This document shows positions 19,986-29,665 of a stretch of DNA of 63,828 bases, piece after piece. The DNA comes from a virus (Duplodnaviria; Caudoviricetes). The notes under the pieces were generated by a model. The model worked only from the letters and a program-made list of their open reading frames with translations, had not been told where the DNA came from and ran no database searches. The position numbers were made by a program, and so were the translations under genes. The DNA is taken from positions 1 through 63,828 of the IMG/VR virus record IMGVR_UViG_3300020044_005158; one strand, written 5' to 3'. The number at the start of each line of letters is the position of its first letter. Position 1 is the first letter of the stretch.

Positions 19986-22341
19986 TTATTTTTAATTGTT
20001 TCATTGGTTCGACAAAGACAATGGACTTTCCAATATCTAATTTTTTCTCTCTAGGTAGTTCACCATACTTGATTAACGCAAATTCCTTAATCCAATTGTA
20101 GAATGTCCTATGCGCCAGCTTCATCTTTCCAAACGCTCCGTAATCAGGATATTGGGAAATAAAGTCAGCCATAAGATCAGCACCACGGAATTCAATTCCC
20201 GGCTTCAGTGAGTAACTCTTGTCAGTTCCTGTAGCCCATTCATAGAACTCCGGTGAGGTCTTGGCAAACAACTGTCTGTTATCTAGGTTTTTAAATTTGG
20301 CTTCTCTCAGTCCCTTCTGCATGAATATTTGCATGTTGGAAATCATGAAGCTATCAAATCTGGACCACTCGTCCGCATCCCAATCATCAAACAATCGTCT
20401 ACCAAGCTCATCCTTTGGAGTGTGTGACTTATTGTAATACTGATGAAATTCAACCTCCCATCTGCGTCTATCGTGGGAGTTGCCACCACCTTTAATCGCC
20501 CAGTTAGTTGTAATTATCATCTTTGGCACAAGCTCAAACGGAATAAAGATTTCTTTACTGTTCTTTACCTCGATCGACATACCGTCGGTGATCATCGAGA
20601 ATAAGGTCTGGAAGTGGAATCCCTTGTCAGCATCATTGAAACAGATTACTTGAGTATCAGTTGATACCCTCTGATAAGTAAACCTGCCCTTTAGATCAAT
20701 CTTCTGTGCGTCCAGAATGACTGACCGTCTTATCTTTGATACTGAGTTTACGAATATACCCTTTCCAGTTCCTCCCTCTGGCTTGTCTGTAATCGACTCA
20801 TCATTTAGAATCACAACGGGATTATATGCCGGGTCATTGTATCGATGTAGCATATAACCAAGTGTGGTCCGCATGGTAAGAAAACGATCTGACTCACTGC
20901 CTGCAATCGTGTAGATAAATCTCTCAAAGTCGCATCCGCTGTAGTCCATCTCTCTGTAGTCCCTATCAAGAATTGACTTCTCCCATACCAGACCGTTAAG
21001 GTCATCGTATGACATTCTAGAAATTCCTGACGGAGTTACTCTAACTGCACAGTTGCGGTAAAAAATATACGACTCCTTCTCGCCATCCATTAAGAATCTA
21101 TGATTGACTGACGGAAGGAAAGACAGGAAGTCCTCCTTCTGCAGTTTCAAGTTCCCAACGTATGCGTTGTAGACTGACTTATCTTCGAGTTCAAACATCC
21201 ACTCAGACACGAAGTCTTTAATGTGGTCATCAAGGACTTCTCGAATGACGTTATTCCTTAAGTGTACGAATATGAACGTACCCTCTTTTGATGCGTAATA
21301 CTTGAAGAAACCATTCTCAGTAAGGAACTCTCTGTACTTGTGATTAATAAAATTGACTGCTCCAGTTTTAGGATCCTTTGTCCAGAACTCAACCTCACTT
21401 ACCTTGATATCTTCTAACACATCGTCCGTGGCTTCGGGCACGATCTTTCGTATCTCTTCAGGCGTTACACCGTTGGCAACCAATGCCGTAACTTTCTGTA
21501 CTGTAGCCTTATCTTCCCATTGCTTTGTTCCGTGTATCTCAGTCTTTACATACGCTGATTCAACGGTTCTACTAATCTCTGATTCTGTGAAGTCTGGCTG
21601 TACAAATTGTAGGCAGGTCTGTAGTGCTTCATTTCTATCGACACCATACTCATTGAGTGCCTGAGCAAGTACGTACATGTTGTGATTCCGGGCGCCAGAA
21701 ACTAAGCCATAGTTCTTATTCCACCAAGAGAGAATTCCGATCGTAATTTTGTTCGTGTCATTGGTAGGTATTAGTACCTTCCTTTGTTCTCTTTCTGGCT
21801 CAATAAGTTTACCCGTCCATACCTTCGAGCTACTGTTCGAAAATACGTGAGGATCATATGACTCATATGTTATCCGACTGATATCACTGCATGCTGCATC
21901 AAACTCTTCACAATCATAGTACTGTTCGATTGCCTTGAAGTATTGCTTGTATTCATTTGCGTCACACATTGGAATTTGCACAAGAACCTTTAAACCATCC
22001 CCGGACGGAGAGGTAAAAAGGCTGTGCGTGTAATCGTCCATTTCTAACTCAAAACGTTTAGTCTCAAGTGATGTGGGTGAACTAAACCCATCAAAATCAA
22101 TTGACATAAATCCAGACGACTCAATAAGTCCAGCGATAGAACGACTACTGAATTTTCCTCCGTAACAAACGGCAGGTAGCTTTTTCTTTATTTCGTTTCG
22201 TTGTGGCTTATCTAAGTCAGAATTTCTAATCTGCTCGCACAGATCTTTGGATTTTCCATTTCTTATCCGATCGATTGCACCCTCCACAGATATGTAGTAG
22301 GGACTATTCGTTTCATTTAAATTTTTGAATATAGTTATCAT
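19969..22341 (-). CDS. Primase-helicase (BT4734/VirE-N-like primase, PriCT, SF3-type helicase)
   Basis: KKKLP, IDFD, SPSGDGLK, SYDP, GARN, GGTGKG, ITTN, DRRR. Confidence 0.85.
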   Translation of the reverse strand: MITIFKNLNETNSPYYISVEGAIDRIRNGKSKDLCEQIRNSDLDKPQRNEIKKKLPAVCYGGKFSSRSIAGLIESSGFMSIDFDGFSSPTSLETKRFELEMDDYTHSLFTSPSGDGLKVLVQIPMCDANEYKQYFKAIEQYYDCEEFDAACSDISRITYESYDPHVFSNSSSKVWTGKLIEPEREQRKVLIPTNDTNKITIGILSWWNKNYGLVSGARNHNMYVLAQALNEYGVDRNEALQTCLQFVQPDFTESEISRTVESAYVKTEIHGTKQWEDKATVQKVTALVANGVTPEEIRKIVPEATDDVLEDIKVSEVEFWTKDPKTGAVNFINHKYREFLTENGFFKYYASKEGTFIFVHLRNNVIREVLDDHIKDFVSEWMFELEDKSVYNAYVGNLKLQKEDFLSFLPSVNHRFLMDGEKESYIFYRNCAVRVTPSGISRMSYDDLNGLVWEKSILDRDYREMDYSGCDFERFIYTIAGSESDRFLTMRTTLGYMLHRYNDPAYNPVVILNDESITDKPEGGTGKGIFVNSVSKIRRSVILDAQKIDLKGRFTYQRVSTDTQVICFNDADKGFHFQTLFSMITDGMSIEVKNSKEIFIPFELVPKMIITTNWAIKGGGNSHDRRRWEVEFHQYYNKSHTPKDELGRRLFDDWDADEWSRFDSFMISNMQIFMQKGLREAKFKNLDNRQLFAKTSPEFYEWATGTDKSYSLKPGIEFRGADLMADFISQYPDYGAFGKMKLAHRTFYNWIKEFALIKYGELPREKKLDIGKSIVFVEPMKQLKINEFDK

Positions 22342-22356
22342 AATTTATCGGATAAA

Positions 22357-22388
22357 AATAAGGCAGGATTCCGGGAAGCATCCTGCCA
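22357..22388 (-). terminator. Terminator/attenuator hairpin after the SSB gene
   Basis: GGCAGGAT..ATCCTGCC followed by a T-rich tract on the minus strand. Confidence 0.55.
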
Positions 22389-22413
22389 TAATTACTTGAA
22401 ATTCAATTGATTA

Positions 22414-22767
22414 TTAGAACGGAAGATCTCCGTCAGCGTCTGCATCTCCAACTGTTGGAGCCTGAGTCTGAGCTTGAGTCGATCCTCCGATAACATCCAC
22501 TCTCCATCCGTCAAGTGTGTTGAAGTACTTCTCCTCACCTTGAGGACTGGTCCACATTCTTCCACGAAGATTGAATGAAACCTCTACCTCTTGACCTTCT
22601 ATTACACTGTCTAGGTGTGATGTCTTGTCCTTAGCGAACTCAAACATAATATCTTGTGGATACATTGTTGATGAGTCAGTTACCACTAACTCTCTCTTTG
22701 AAAACTTCTCAGATACTTGGACCGTATCTCCAATCTTCTTTACTACTCCTGTTAATTTAAAACTCAT
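22414..22767 (-). CDS. Single-stranded DNA-binding protein, DUF3127 family
   Basis: FSKRELVV..YPQ..F, VSFNLRGR.W, YFNTLDGW, C-terminal DLPF. Confidence 0.85.
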   Translation of the reverse strand: MSFKLTGVVKKIGDTVQVSEKFSKRELVVTDSSTMYPQDIMFEFAKDKTSHLDSVIEGQEVEVSFNLRGRMWTSPQGEEKYFNTLDGWRVDVIGGSTQAQTQAPTVGDADADGDLPF

Positions 22768-22789
22768 TTGATTTGATTTTGATTGTTTA

Positions 22790-22960
22790 TTAATCTACTA
22801 TATATTGATTGTCTTGTGTGAAGAGAATTCCTTCAACTAGCTCTGCCGTGTTACCATCAATGATTACCTTTACATGTGGGTGATGGTTTTCAGATAAGTA
22901 CTTCATTAAAGGCTTGCATGCCTCCTGAAACTCTTTTAACTGTTTTAGCTTGTTACTCAT
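22790..22960 (-). CDS. Small phage protein (56 aa, ..NHHPHVKVII..AELVEG..)
   Basis: Manual translation; ATGA overlap with upstream gene. Confidence 0.6.
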   Translation of the reverse strand: MSNKLKQLKEFQEACKPLMKYLSENHHPHVKVIIDGNTAELVEGILFTQDNQYIVD

Positions 22961-23769
22961 TTGATTTGATTTTTGGTTATTAACTTATTGTAATACTCTG
23001 TAGCGTATTTCACTGCTGCCTTCTCACGTCTCTCAATGTGGACGATATCAGCATCAGTTAACTCGAACTCAATGTATGTAATTCGAAGTGCAGGGTCTAA
23101 GTCATCGACATAGTGTAGGTCATCTCCCTCCCAGTCAGGAACCAATGTTTCAGGCGTGGACATAAGTACGTAGCACAGTCTAGCCTTGCTCCACTTTTCT
23201 CCAGTCATCTTGGATTTCATGTAGCAGTACATCTTCAACTGCCACTCATACGTGCCATTGCTGATATGCTCAGGAAGCTTAGGGAACGTATCCTTGGACC
23301 ATGAACACTTGATGTCAGTTATCATCTTGTCTACGCCATCCTCAAGGTCTGGATGTCCTCTGAAGTGTCCAGCAGATAGTGAAGAGTCTGACTTCTTCAT
23401 GTCTAGCATAAAGAAGTCATTCAAGAACTCAATTGCGTCTACCTCCACCTTAATTCCTTTCTCTGTCTCCTTACTTCCGAACGTCTTCTTGTACTGATAC
23501 ACCTCTTGATCAACTAACGACTCAACGAATGTACGCCCTCCTGTACTTAATTCAACTATCCCGTTCTCTAAGTTTGTCTTGATCAAGTGAAGCTTGTCAA
23601 ATTCAGCCTTCATGTTGTCAGTAAGTTTTTTCTTAGGATCTGTGATTGATGCTAGTGAACGCTCAGATAGTTCGTCATACTTTTTCTGCTGTGCTTCAGT
23701 CAGTCCGTCATCTCCGGAGAACAATGGTGCTGCACCGCTTGCTCTGAATTCAATTAAGTTCTCTATCAT
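22957..23769 (-). CDS. Lambda-exo/YqaJ-like PD-(D/E)xK exonuclease
   Basis: FRAS, KG..E..A, GHPD, DIKCSW, YEWQL. Confidence 0.75.
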   Translation of the reverse strand: MIENLIEFRASGAAPLFSGDDGLTEAQQKKYDELSERSLASITDPKKKLTDNMKAEFDKLHLIKTNLENGIVELSTGGRTFVESLVDQEVYQYKKTFGSKETEKGIKVEVDAIEFLNDFFMLDMKKSDSSLSAGHFRGHPDLEDGVDKMITDIKCSWSKDTFPKLPEHISNGTYEWQLKMYCYMKSKMTGEKWSKARLCYVLMSTPETLVPDWEGDDLHYVDDLDPALRITYIEFELTDADIVHIERREKAAVKYATEYYNKLITKNQIK

Positions 23770-24272
23770 GCCTTAGGTATAACTGATAATAGTTCCTTCT
23801 CTTGCTCTGGTGTAATTCTACGGATAGACTTGATCTTCTCGATTGTAGTTCCATTAGCTGCAATCTTATCCTTTGAAGAGGCGAACTCAGTCTCTGATAT
23901 GAACGGAAGTTCTTTCTTTGGAATAGGTCTCGTCGAGAAACGTAGACAGTCAACCATCTCCTTGTCCATTGCAGAGAAGTCCTTCTCAACTGTAAGAACT
24001 ACTGGTTTTCCGATGTAGTCATCATAAGAGTCACTACCGAAGAACTTACTTAGTCTCTTCATGTTCTTCTTGTTGACTACCATCGCCTTAGAGAATCCTA
24101 CAATGTTGGCAAACACCTTCATCTCCTTGCCTCCAGCAGTGATGAACTCTCCAACATAAAACTTCTCGATGATTACTTCCTTGGGTTCGAACTTCCCATT
24201 TACTTCTAGGTCCCAGTGACCTAAGTACGGCTGTTGTCCAGCTTGATCGTACAGCTTGCGCCAGTTACTCAT
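23766..24272 (-). CDS. Putative ssDNA-binding/annealing protein
   Basis: YLG..DL, NKKN, YIGK motifs; next to the exonuclease. Confidence 0.5.
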   Translation of the reverse strand: MSNWRKLYDQAGQQPYLGHWDLEVNGKFEPKEVIIEKFYVGEFITAGGKEMKVFANIVGFSKAMVVNKKNMKRLSKFFGSDSYDDYIGKPVVLTVEKDFSAMDKEMVDCLRFSTRPIPKKELPFISETEFASSKDKIAANGTTIEKIKSIRRITPEQEKELLSVIPKA

Positions 24273-24291
24273 TTGATTATAATTTTAGGGG

Positions 24292-24714
24292 TTAATAAAT
24301 TACTTTTTTATTGGTTGCAAAAGTACTTAATTTTTCATTCAGTTCCAAGTACCTATCTAATTTTGTTAATAATTTTTTCAATCTGTCTTTAAGTTCTTCA
24401 GTTTTGTCTGAATTTTTTTCCAGAGATATCAAATAATTAACTTTGTTTATTCTATTGTTCAATGTGTCAATGCATACCTTATAGCATCCCGGCAGCCATC
24501 CTTCGGTATCGAATACATTGTACTGTTCTGTTGATACCTCTGCGTAGTGCTCGTCAGCGAGTGACGCATTCTTTACTTCAATCAGTCCAGACTCTAGGTC
24601 CTTACTGATCCTTACTCCGTGATCGATGTAGTAGTACGATGTTGGATTCCTTTCGTCTCCATACCACCACAGACTTACGTTCGGATCACTCTCTAGTTCT
24701 TGCCATGCCTTCAT
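24292..24714 (-). CDS. Hypothetical protein
   Basis: Operon-packed ORF. Confidence 0.55.
   Translation of the reverse strand: MKAWQELESDPNVSLWWYGDERNPTSYYYIDHGVRISKDLESGLIEVKNASLADEHYAEVSTEQYNVFDTEGWLPGCYKVCIDTLNNRINKVNYLISLEKNSDKTEELKDRLKKLLTKLDRYLELNEKLSTFATNKKVIY
24318..24325 (-). promoter_or_regulatory. -7 promoter box TACTTTTG for the recombination/replication genes
   Basis: CAAAAGTA on +, upstream of the 24272 start. Confidence 0.55.
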
Positions 24715-24733
24715 ATTAATTGATTTTAATTAT

Positions 24734-25126
24734 TTAAAAAGGTAAATCACAATCAACAATCATTACCCTTCTTTTAAAAGCCAATGAATCCATTGGTAGA
24801 TCTTTAAATGTTATATCAGGTCTACACGTAACTACTATCTTTGGATTTATGTAGAATGGCTTTTGGTATGCATTTTCAGCACATAATCCATCTGTAGCGC
24901 TGCTAACAATATTACATAAATTATTTATATCCTTAAGTTCTTCAATTATAACTAACTCAGTGTCTTTATTACATCTAGCATAAAAGAAAGGATCTATTCT
25001 CCAACAATTTCCATCAACCCAAACAACCTTGTCTGCATCATAATCCTTAGCTATACATTTAGCTGCTGTAGTTTTTCCGCTACCTCCTGAGCCAATGATT
25101 ACTGTTACCTTTTCGTGTATTTTCAT
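24734..25126 (-). CDS. Small P-loop NTPase (SF3/AAA-like fragment)
   Basis: GSGGSGKT, LVIIEE, AFKRR. Confidence 0.65.
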   Translation of the reverse strand: MKIHEKVTVIIGSGGSGKTTAAKCIAKDYDADKVVWVDGNCWRIDPFFYARCNKDTELVIIEELKDINNLCNIVSSATDGLCAENAYQKPFYINPKIVVTCRPDITFKDLPMDSLAFKRRVMIVDCDLPF

Positions 25127-25497
25127 AGTTCTTCGTTTGTTAGTGCAAAGTATAGGTTTTGTAGTTCGTGGACGTATTTTATTGTTGTAATTGAATACCT
25201 ATCTATTACGCAATCAAATTCATTATTGAAATCATCAAAATGTAACTCACATATAAGATTGTCATTAGAATAATAATTTTTATAATTTCCTACATCAAAC
25301 CCAAACTTCAAAAGCCATTCATCTGTTAGTTGTATTGGTTTAAAATCATCAATATCATACCATCCCGACCTGTCTCCATCGTGCCAATCGTAACCAATAT
25401 TTTTTGAATCTATATCCGTAACACGGACACATTTATGTTCTTGATGATTTACCCAATTCCCAATTCTTAATTCACTTGCCTTCATATCATATATCAT
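25123..25497 (-). CDS. Phage protein of MKA.ELRIGN...LQNLYFALT family
   Basis: Paralog of 17325-17762. Confidence 0.7.
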   Translation of the reverse strand: MIYDMKASELRIGNWVNHQEHKCVRVTDIDSKNIGYDWHDGDRSGWYDIDDFKPIQLTDEWLLKFGFDVGNYKNYYSNDNLICELHFDDFNNEFDCVIDRYSITTIKYVHELQNLYFALTNEEL

Positions 25498-25726
25498 TTA
25501 ATTGATTCTCTACCTCGGTCCATAAGTCATGCTGTCTAGACCATAAATATTCAGCGACTGGTGGCTTGCACTCATCCTTTATCTTATTAGCGATGTACTT
25601 TGCTATTACTAGCGCTGTCGGTAATTCGATCCTAGATCCATCAGACATCTTTTTTGATCGCATGTGAATAATGTCATCTAGTAACTCTGTAGCTATTTCA
25701 TTAGCCTTCTTCTGTATCTCTGTCAT
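25487..25726 (-). CDS. Hypothetical protein
   Basis: Resembles 27100-27321 (MTE..KKANE...W.EV). Confidence 0.55.
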   Translation of the reverse strand: MTEIQKKANEIATELLDDIIHMRSKKMSDGSRIELPTALVIAKYIANKIKDECKPPVAEYLWSRQHDLWTEVENQLNDI

Positions 25727-26252
25727 ACTCCTTTAGATATAAATCAATAACTAGCTTAGTCTTCTCCAAGTCCTCCTTGAACTGACCTTTCTCACGACAT
25801 CTAACAATTCTTTTAACGATATCGAATTCCCAAGCATTAAGACCTTGCTGCTCTGCAAACAGATAAAGACTTCCATGCTCATTGTCATAGTGCTCAGGGA
25901 CACTGAATGAATCCTTCTGATTTTCGATAATCATGAATTCTTCCGCATATTTTGGATCGTTGTATATAGTAACTTCACAATCACGCTCATAGATGTACCT
26001 ACCGTTCACATGTCCGTCATGCTCAACTAGGTAGGCATCGTGATCGTCTGAGTATTCAATAACTCTGAATGACTTGCCTACCTTCTTCTCGTACCAATGC
26101 CCTGCTGGACCTTTTGATACCTTTACAACTTTACCCATTTCTTTTTCTTTTAAGTACCCATCCAATAGACCACAAATCTTTGCTCCCATAGAGTTAGGTA
26201 AGTCACTACCCAACTCCCTACGTAAAAAATCTCTTGAGGTCATACTACACAA
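25701..26252 (-). CDS. DUF3310-like domain protein
   Basis: PEHY...IVKRIVR..KG..EDLEK. Confidence 0.6.
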   Translation of the reverse strand: MCSMTSRDFLRRELGSDLPNSMGAKICGLLDGYLKEKEMGKVVKVSKGPAGHWYEKKVGKSFRVIEYSDDHDAYLVEHDGHVNGRYIYERDCEVTIYNDPKYAEEFMIIENQKDSFSVPEHYDNEHGSLYLFAEQQGLNAWEFDIVKRIVRCREKGQFKEDLEKTKLVIDLYLKEYDRDTEEG

Positions 26253-26772
26253 ATTTAGTTTTACTGATTAATATACCTTCCGTTCTACCGGGGAAGACTG
26301 CCGTTTTATCAATAAGGAAATCAATCCTATTCTTGAATCTCTTGTTCATCGTGTCATGCAGTATCCACCACCCACGAATGCGTTTGTCAGGATGGTACAC
26401 GTATACCCTATCACCGTAGCTAAAATGTCCTCCATGACGATCAATCAGGTCTCTCGACAGTGCAATCCACCGTAGCTTACCTGAACGTAGCTTAGATTGA
26501 TCGATAATTTGTCCGTCAGCAGTCTCTAACGGACGTGCATCCGTCTGCCCTACATCGGCATGATAGTACGTACCGATGACCTTCCTGATGACTGGCTTCT
26601 CAACTATCGTCCTGATTGGATTAATGACTGTTCGACTGATAGTATAGTCTCTCGGAAGACATGATAGTATCAAGATAGTGAATCCGACTAACGTGGCGAC
26701 CATTATCTTTATCGGACGTGCGTTATGACGTTCGTATGACAGTGTGTCTGGATTGAATTTGTATAGACTCAT
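26245..26772 (-). CDS. Membrane-anchored 3D-domain (peptidoglycan-acting) protein
   Basis: TYY..QTD..P..TADG, IALSRDL, DTM..R...IDFL; N-terminal hydrophobic helix. Confidence 0.7.
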   Translation of the reverse strand: MSLYKFNPDTLSYERHNARPIKIMVATLVGFTILILSCLPRDYTISRTVINPIRTIVEKPVIRKVIGTYYHADVGQTDARPLETADGQIIDQSKLRSGKLRWIALSRDLIDRHGGHFSYGDRVYVYHPDKRIRGWWILHDTMNKRFKNRIDFLIDKTAVFPGRTEGILISKTKFV

Positions 26773-27026
26773 ACTACTTCTTTATTGTTAAAAATATCAT
26801 CTAAATAATCACTCCTAAAGGAAGTACCTCCTATCCTATGATCATCTGGTAATTCAATCACATGGTCTTGCTTTATTTTAAATTCAGGAAATACATCCTT
26901 GAATACTGCTACTGAATCTCTAACCATAGATGGTGCGTATGTATGCCTTCCATGTGCGTACCTTGCAGCCATCCATAGTATATCCTCAATGGCTGACTGA
27001 AGTCTTTTCTCATCTGATTTTTTCAT
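26769..27026 (-). CDS. Hypothetical phage protein
   Basis: RYA.GR.TYAP motif. Confidence 0.6.
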   Translation of the reverse strand: MKKSDEKRLQSAIEDILWMAARYAHGRHTYAPSMVRDSVAVFKDVFPEFKIKQDHVIELPDDHRIGGTSFRSDYLDDIFNNKEVV

Positions 27027-27099
27027 CTTATTTTAAATTAATTAAGTGTTAAAAATAACATCTTCCCAAAACATATTAACTTAATCGAGTTTTAGGATT

Positions 27100-27321
27100 T
27101 CATATCGATTTTATTTCTGATTTAACTTCATTCCAATAATCTATTCTCTGTTGAACATATCCATCTGTTCTATCAAACATATCATTTTCCTTAATTATCT
27201 CATCAACTGCAATTAATGCACATATTTTAGCGTTCTCAATTTGTCCTTCAGATGAGTAAGCCTCTACGTATTCAATGTACTTATCAACTAACTCATTCGC
27301 TTTCTTCTTTGCTTCTGTCAT
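27100..27321 (-). CDS. Hypothetical phage protein
   Basis: AK.CALIAVDEI..YW.EVK.EI motif. Confidence 0.65.
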   Translation of the reverse strand: MTEAKKKANELVDKYIEYVEAYSSEGQIENAKICALIAVDEIIKENDMFDRTDGYVQQRIDYWNEVKSEIKSI

Positions 27322-27335
27322 AACTTTTAATTTAA

Positions 27336-27569
27336 TTACTTACGTTTCACAATCATAATTGTACGGTCTGATGTACATATTATAATCCCAACTACATGAA
27401 ATCCTGACTGATTTAAATGCTTCGCTATTTGATTATCTACCGTCTCTGGTCCATGAATGAAGACCGTCTCCTCTGAATCATCAACTAAGTTCTTGACAAC
27501 TACATGTCCCTTAAACAGACCGTCCAATACCTCGAACGCTCCATCATAATTCTCTATCTCTATTCCCAT
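27336..27569 (-). CDS. Hypothetical protein
   Basis: Operon-packed ORF. Confidence 0.5.
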   Translation of the reverse strand: MGIEIENYDGAFEVLDGLFKGHVVVKNLVDDSEETVFIHGPETVDNQIAKHLNQSGFHVVGIIICTSDRTIMIVKRK

Positions 27570-27571
27570 AT

Positions 27572-27766
27572 CTAATTCAAAAATATATCCTCAAGTACTA
27601 CATGCAGACTGCTCTGACGTACTGAGTAAATGTTAAATATTGCGTCCGGATCCAAGTCACCTAGGTATTCACCTGCTAGGATTATTGCCGAACCTATATC
27701 TGCCGTGTCGACCGTTATAAAGAACTCGTTAGGTCCAAGTCTTGTCTGAATGATGTATGTCTTCAT
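27572..27766 (-). CDS. Hypothetical protein
   Basis: Operon-packed ORF. Confidence 0.5.
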   Translation of the reverse strand: MKTYIIQTRLGPNEFFITVDTADIGSAIILAGEYLGDLDPDAIFNIYSVRQSSLHVVLEDIFLN

Positions 27767-27926
27767 ACCTTTCTGATTATATAACTAAATGCTGGAATGA
27801 CTACCACTAGACCAAATCCATAAAACGCTGAGTACTGAAATGAATACATGATGCCTGAAATAACTGCAATATTCATTAGCAGAACTATAATTAAGTACTT
27901 TACCATATCAATTAGTTTTAAATTAG

Positions 27927-27997
27927 TAGTCAGGACAGGAATCGAACCTGTATACTCCGGCTTAAAAGGTCGGGCTTTACCATTAAGCCACCTGACT
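27927..27997 (-). tRNA. tRNA-Lys(TTT)-like, atypical
   Basis: AGTCAGG/CCTGACT acceptor, GCTT/AAGC D-stem, CTTTTAA anticodon loop, ACAGG-TTCGATT-CCTGT T-arm; no encoded CCA. Confidence 0.7.
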
Positions 27998-28193
27998 ATT
28001 AACTAGTTTATTTATAATACCCATTGCTTTTTACATAGTTGAATGAATAAATAATTAGTAAGAACTCATTCTTCTGGATTTAAGTTTCTAAAATTACAAC
28101 GTGACCTACCCATTAGAGATCTAATTATTCTATTCACGAACTTGTGTCTTCTTCGTTCATTCCTGTAGTCCAACAACTCTTTCTTTGATTTTC

Positions 28194-28406
28194 TCATTTG
28201 TAGTAGCCCTCACTCTTTACATGATTGAACGCATCAATCAGTTTGTCTAACTGGTCCTGATGAAAGAATATAGTTATCGGATTAATTGATACACGAACTC
28301 CCTTCATCTTGTATATGTAGTCCTCAACTACCGATATCATGTGCAAAATAATTCCTTGTGTGTTCATGATAATATTTTTAAGTGTTAGCATTTTTTCTAT
28401 ACTCAA
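28194..28406 (-). CDS. Hypothetical protein (true start probably MNTQG)
   Basis: Operon-packed ORF. Confidence 0.5.
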   Translation of the reverse strand: MSIEKMLTLKNIIMNTQGIILHMISVVEDYIYKMKGVRVSINPITIFFHQDQLDKLIDAFNHVKSEGYYK

Positions 28407-28758
28407 TCTCTTTTTTAATAAGATTCAAGTGCCAATCCGCACCGCCATAATCAAGCACTGCCTCTAAGTATTCATCATCCATATCGCGTATCGCGATGTA
28501 CGATAATGGCTGACCACCATCCTTACCTCTGCTACCTCTAGTAGCATATTCTCTTACAATCTCAAAGTCATCGTCATCATATACTGCAAATAATTTTATT
28601 TTATTCATGTATTTTGCACCATACCTCAAGTACTCTGTACCTCCATCAACCATTGCCTCGTTTGGACATGAGCATGTCTTGTAGTCATGACGGTGGTAAC
28701 TTACTATTGTTTCACTGCACTCCTGACAAGTTACAGAGTTATATACTAGTTGTTTCAT
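28378..28758 (-). CDS. Zn-binding phage protein
   Basis: CxxC..S.HRHDY..CxC...VDGG..Y.R. Confidence 0.7.
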   Translation of the reverse strand: MKQLVYNSVTCQECSETIVSYHRHDYKTCSCPNEAMVDGGTEYLRYGAKYMNKIKLFAVYDDDDFEIVREYATRGSRGKDGGQPLSYIAIRDMDDEYLEAVLDYGGADWHLNLIKKEIEYRKNANT

Positions 28759-28782
28759 TATCTGTTTTTTAAGTGTTCAAAA

Positions 28783-29025
28783 TCATTCAATGACTAATCC
28801 ATAGTCATTTGCCGTCTCCCGAATAAACTCTCTTAGCTTATCGGCAACATCAACCTCCTCAATGCTGGCAGGCTTGCTACAATCAACAAGACTGCTGTTA
28901 TACTTAACAACCTTCCTTAACTCCTGATCGATCTCCCAAACCAATGCCCTCCATTTCCCTCCATTGATGGCTGAATGCATTTCTTCCTGCTCCTCAATAC
29001 CATCGAACTCTATTGTTACCTTCAT
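28783..29025 (-). CDS. Hypothetical phage protein
   Basis: EF...E....AING.KW...WEIDQELR. Confidence 0.6.
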   Translation of the reverse strand: MKVTIEFDGIEEQEEMHSAINGGKWRALVWEIDQELRKVVKYNSSLVDCSKPASIEEVDVADKLREFIRETANDYGLVIE

Positions 29026-29040
29026 ATCTTTTCTTTTTAA

Positions 29041-29257
29041 TGACGAATTGATTTCTTGTTAGGTCGCACTATCACTGACGAATGACGTAACTGACGAATT
29101 GATTCCTATTACTATATATATCATGTACCTATGTACTTTTTATTTAAAGAAATCTTAATAGAGTAACTTCGTCAGTTACGTCAGAACACTAGTGTTTATG
29201 CGCTTCCTTGCGTCAGAACTTCGTCAGTTTTTTAATCAACTTCGTCAGTTCTGTCAG
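29041..29257. repeat. Iteron-like element A: TGACG x4, AT-rich core, CGTCAG x5 (candidate replication origin)
   Basis: Oppositely oriented pentamer clusters around an AT core; inverted homolog at 34763-35072. Confidence 0.65.
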
Positions 29258-29427
29258 CCTTAGTTATTAAATTCCTAGTACGTACCACTTAAGAGTAAAC
29301 AGCATCCCCACCATCATTCCTGCGAACGATAACGGAACACCGATTATACGAATGGCTGAATACCTTGAAACCGAACAGTAATACAACGTAAACGTGAATC
29401 CTATCCAAAATAATGGCGCGAACATAA

Positions 29428-29658
29428 TTAATCACATTTAATTATGTATCTATCAAGCATAGATGTTTCAATGTATTGACCTGTTTCTTTAGAACACAAG
29501 TCTGGTTGTGGTGTAGTAGTTGAAGTAATAGACCATGCCCCACCTGCACCTAAGTGTTCATTCTGTTGATAGCATTCACATTCTTTAGCGGTTGATTTAT
29601 CCTTCTTACAAGAAAATAATAATGCTGTCAATCCTAGTACTAATGTTACTTTTCTCAT
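29428..29658 (-). CDS. Small lipoprotein
   Basis: Signal peptide with LFSC lipobox. Confidence 0.7.
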   Translation of the reverse strand: MRKVTLVLGLTALLFSCKKDKSTAKECECYQQNEHLGAGGAWSITSTTTPQPDLCSKETGQYIETSMLDRYIIKCD

Positions 29659-29665
29659 GGTTTAT

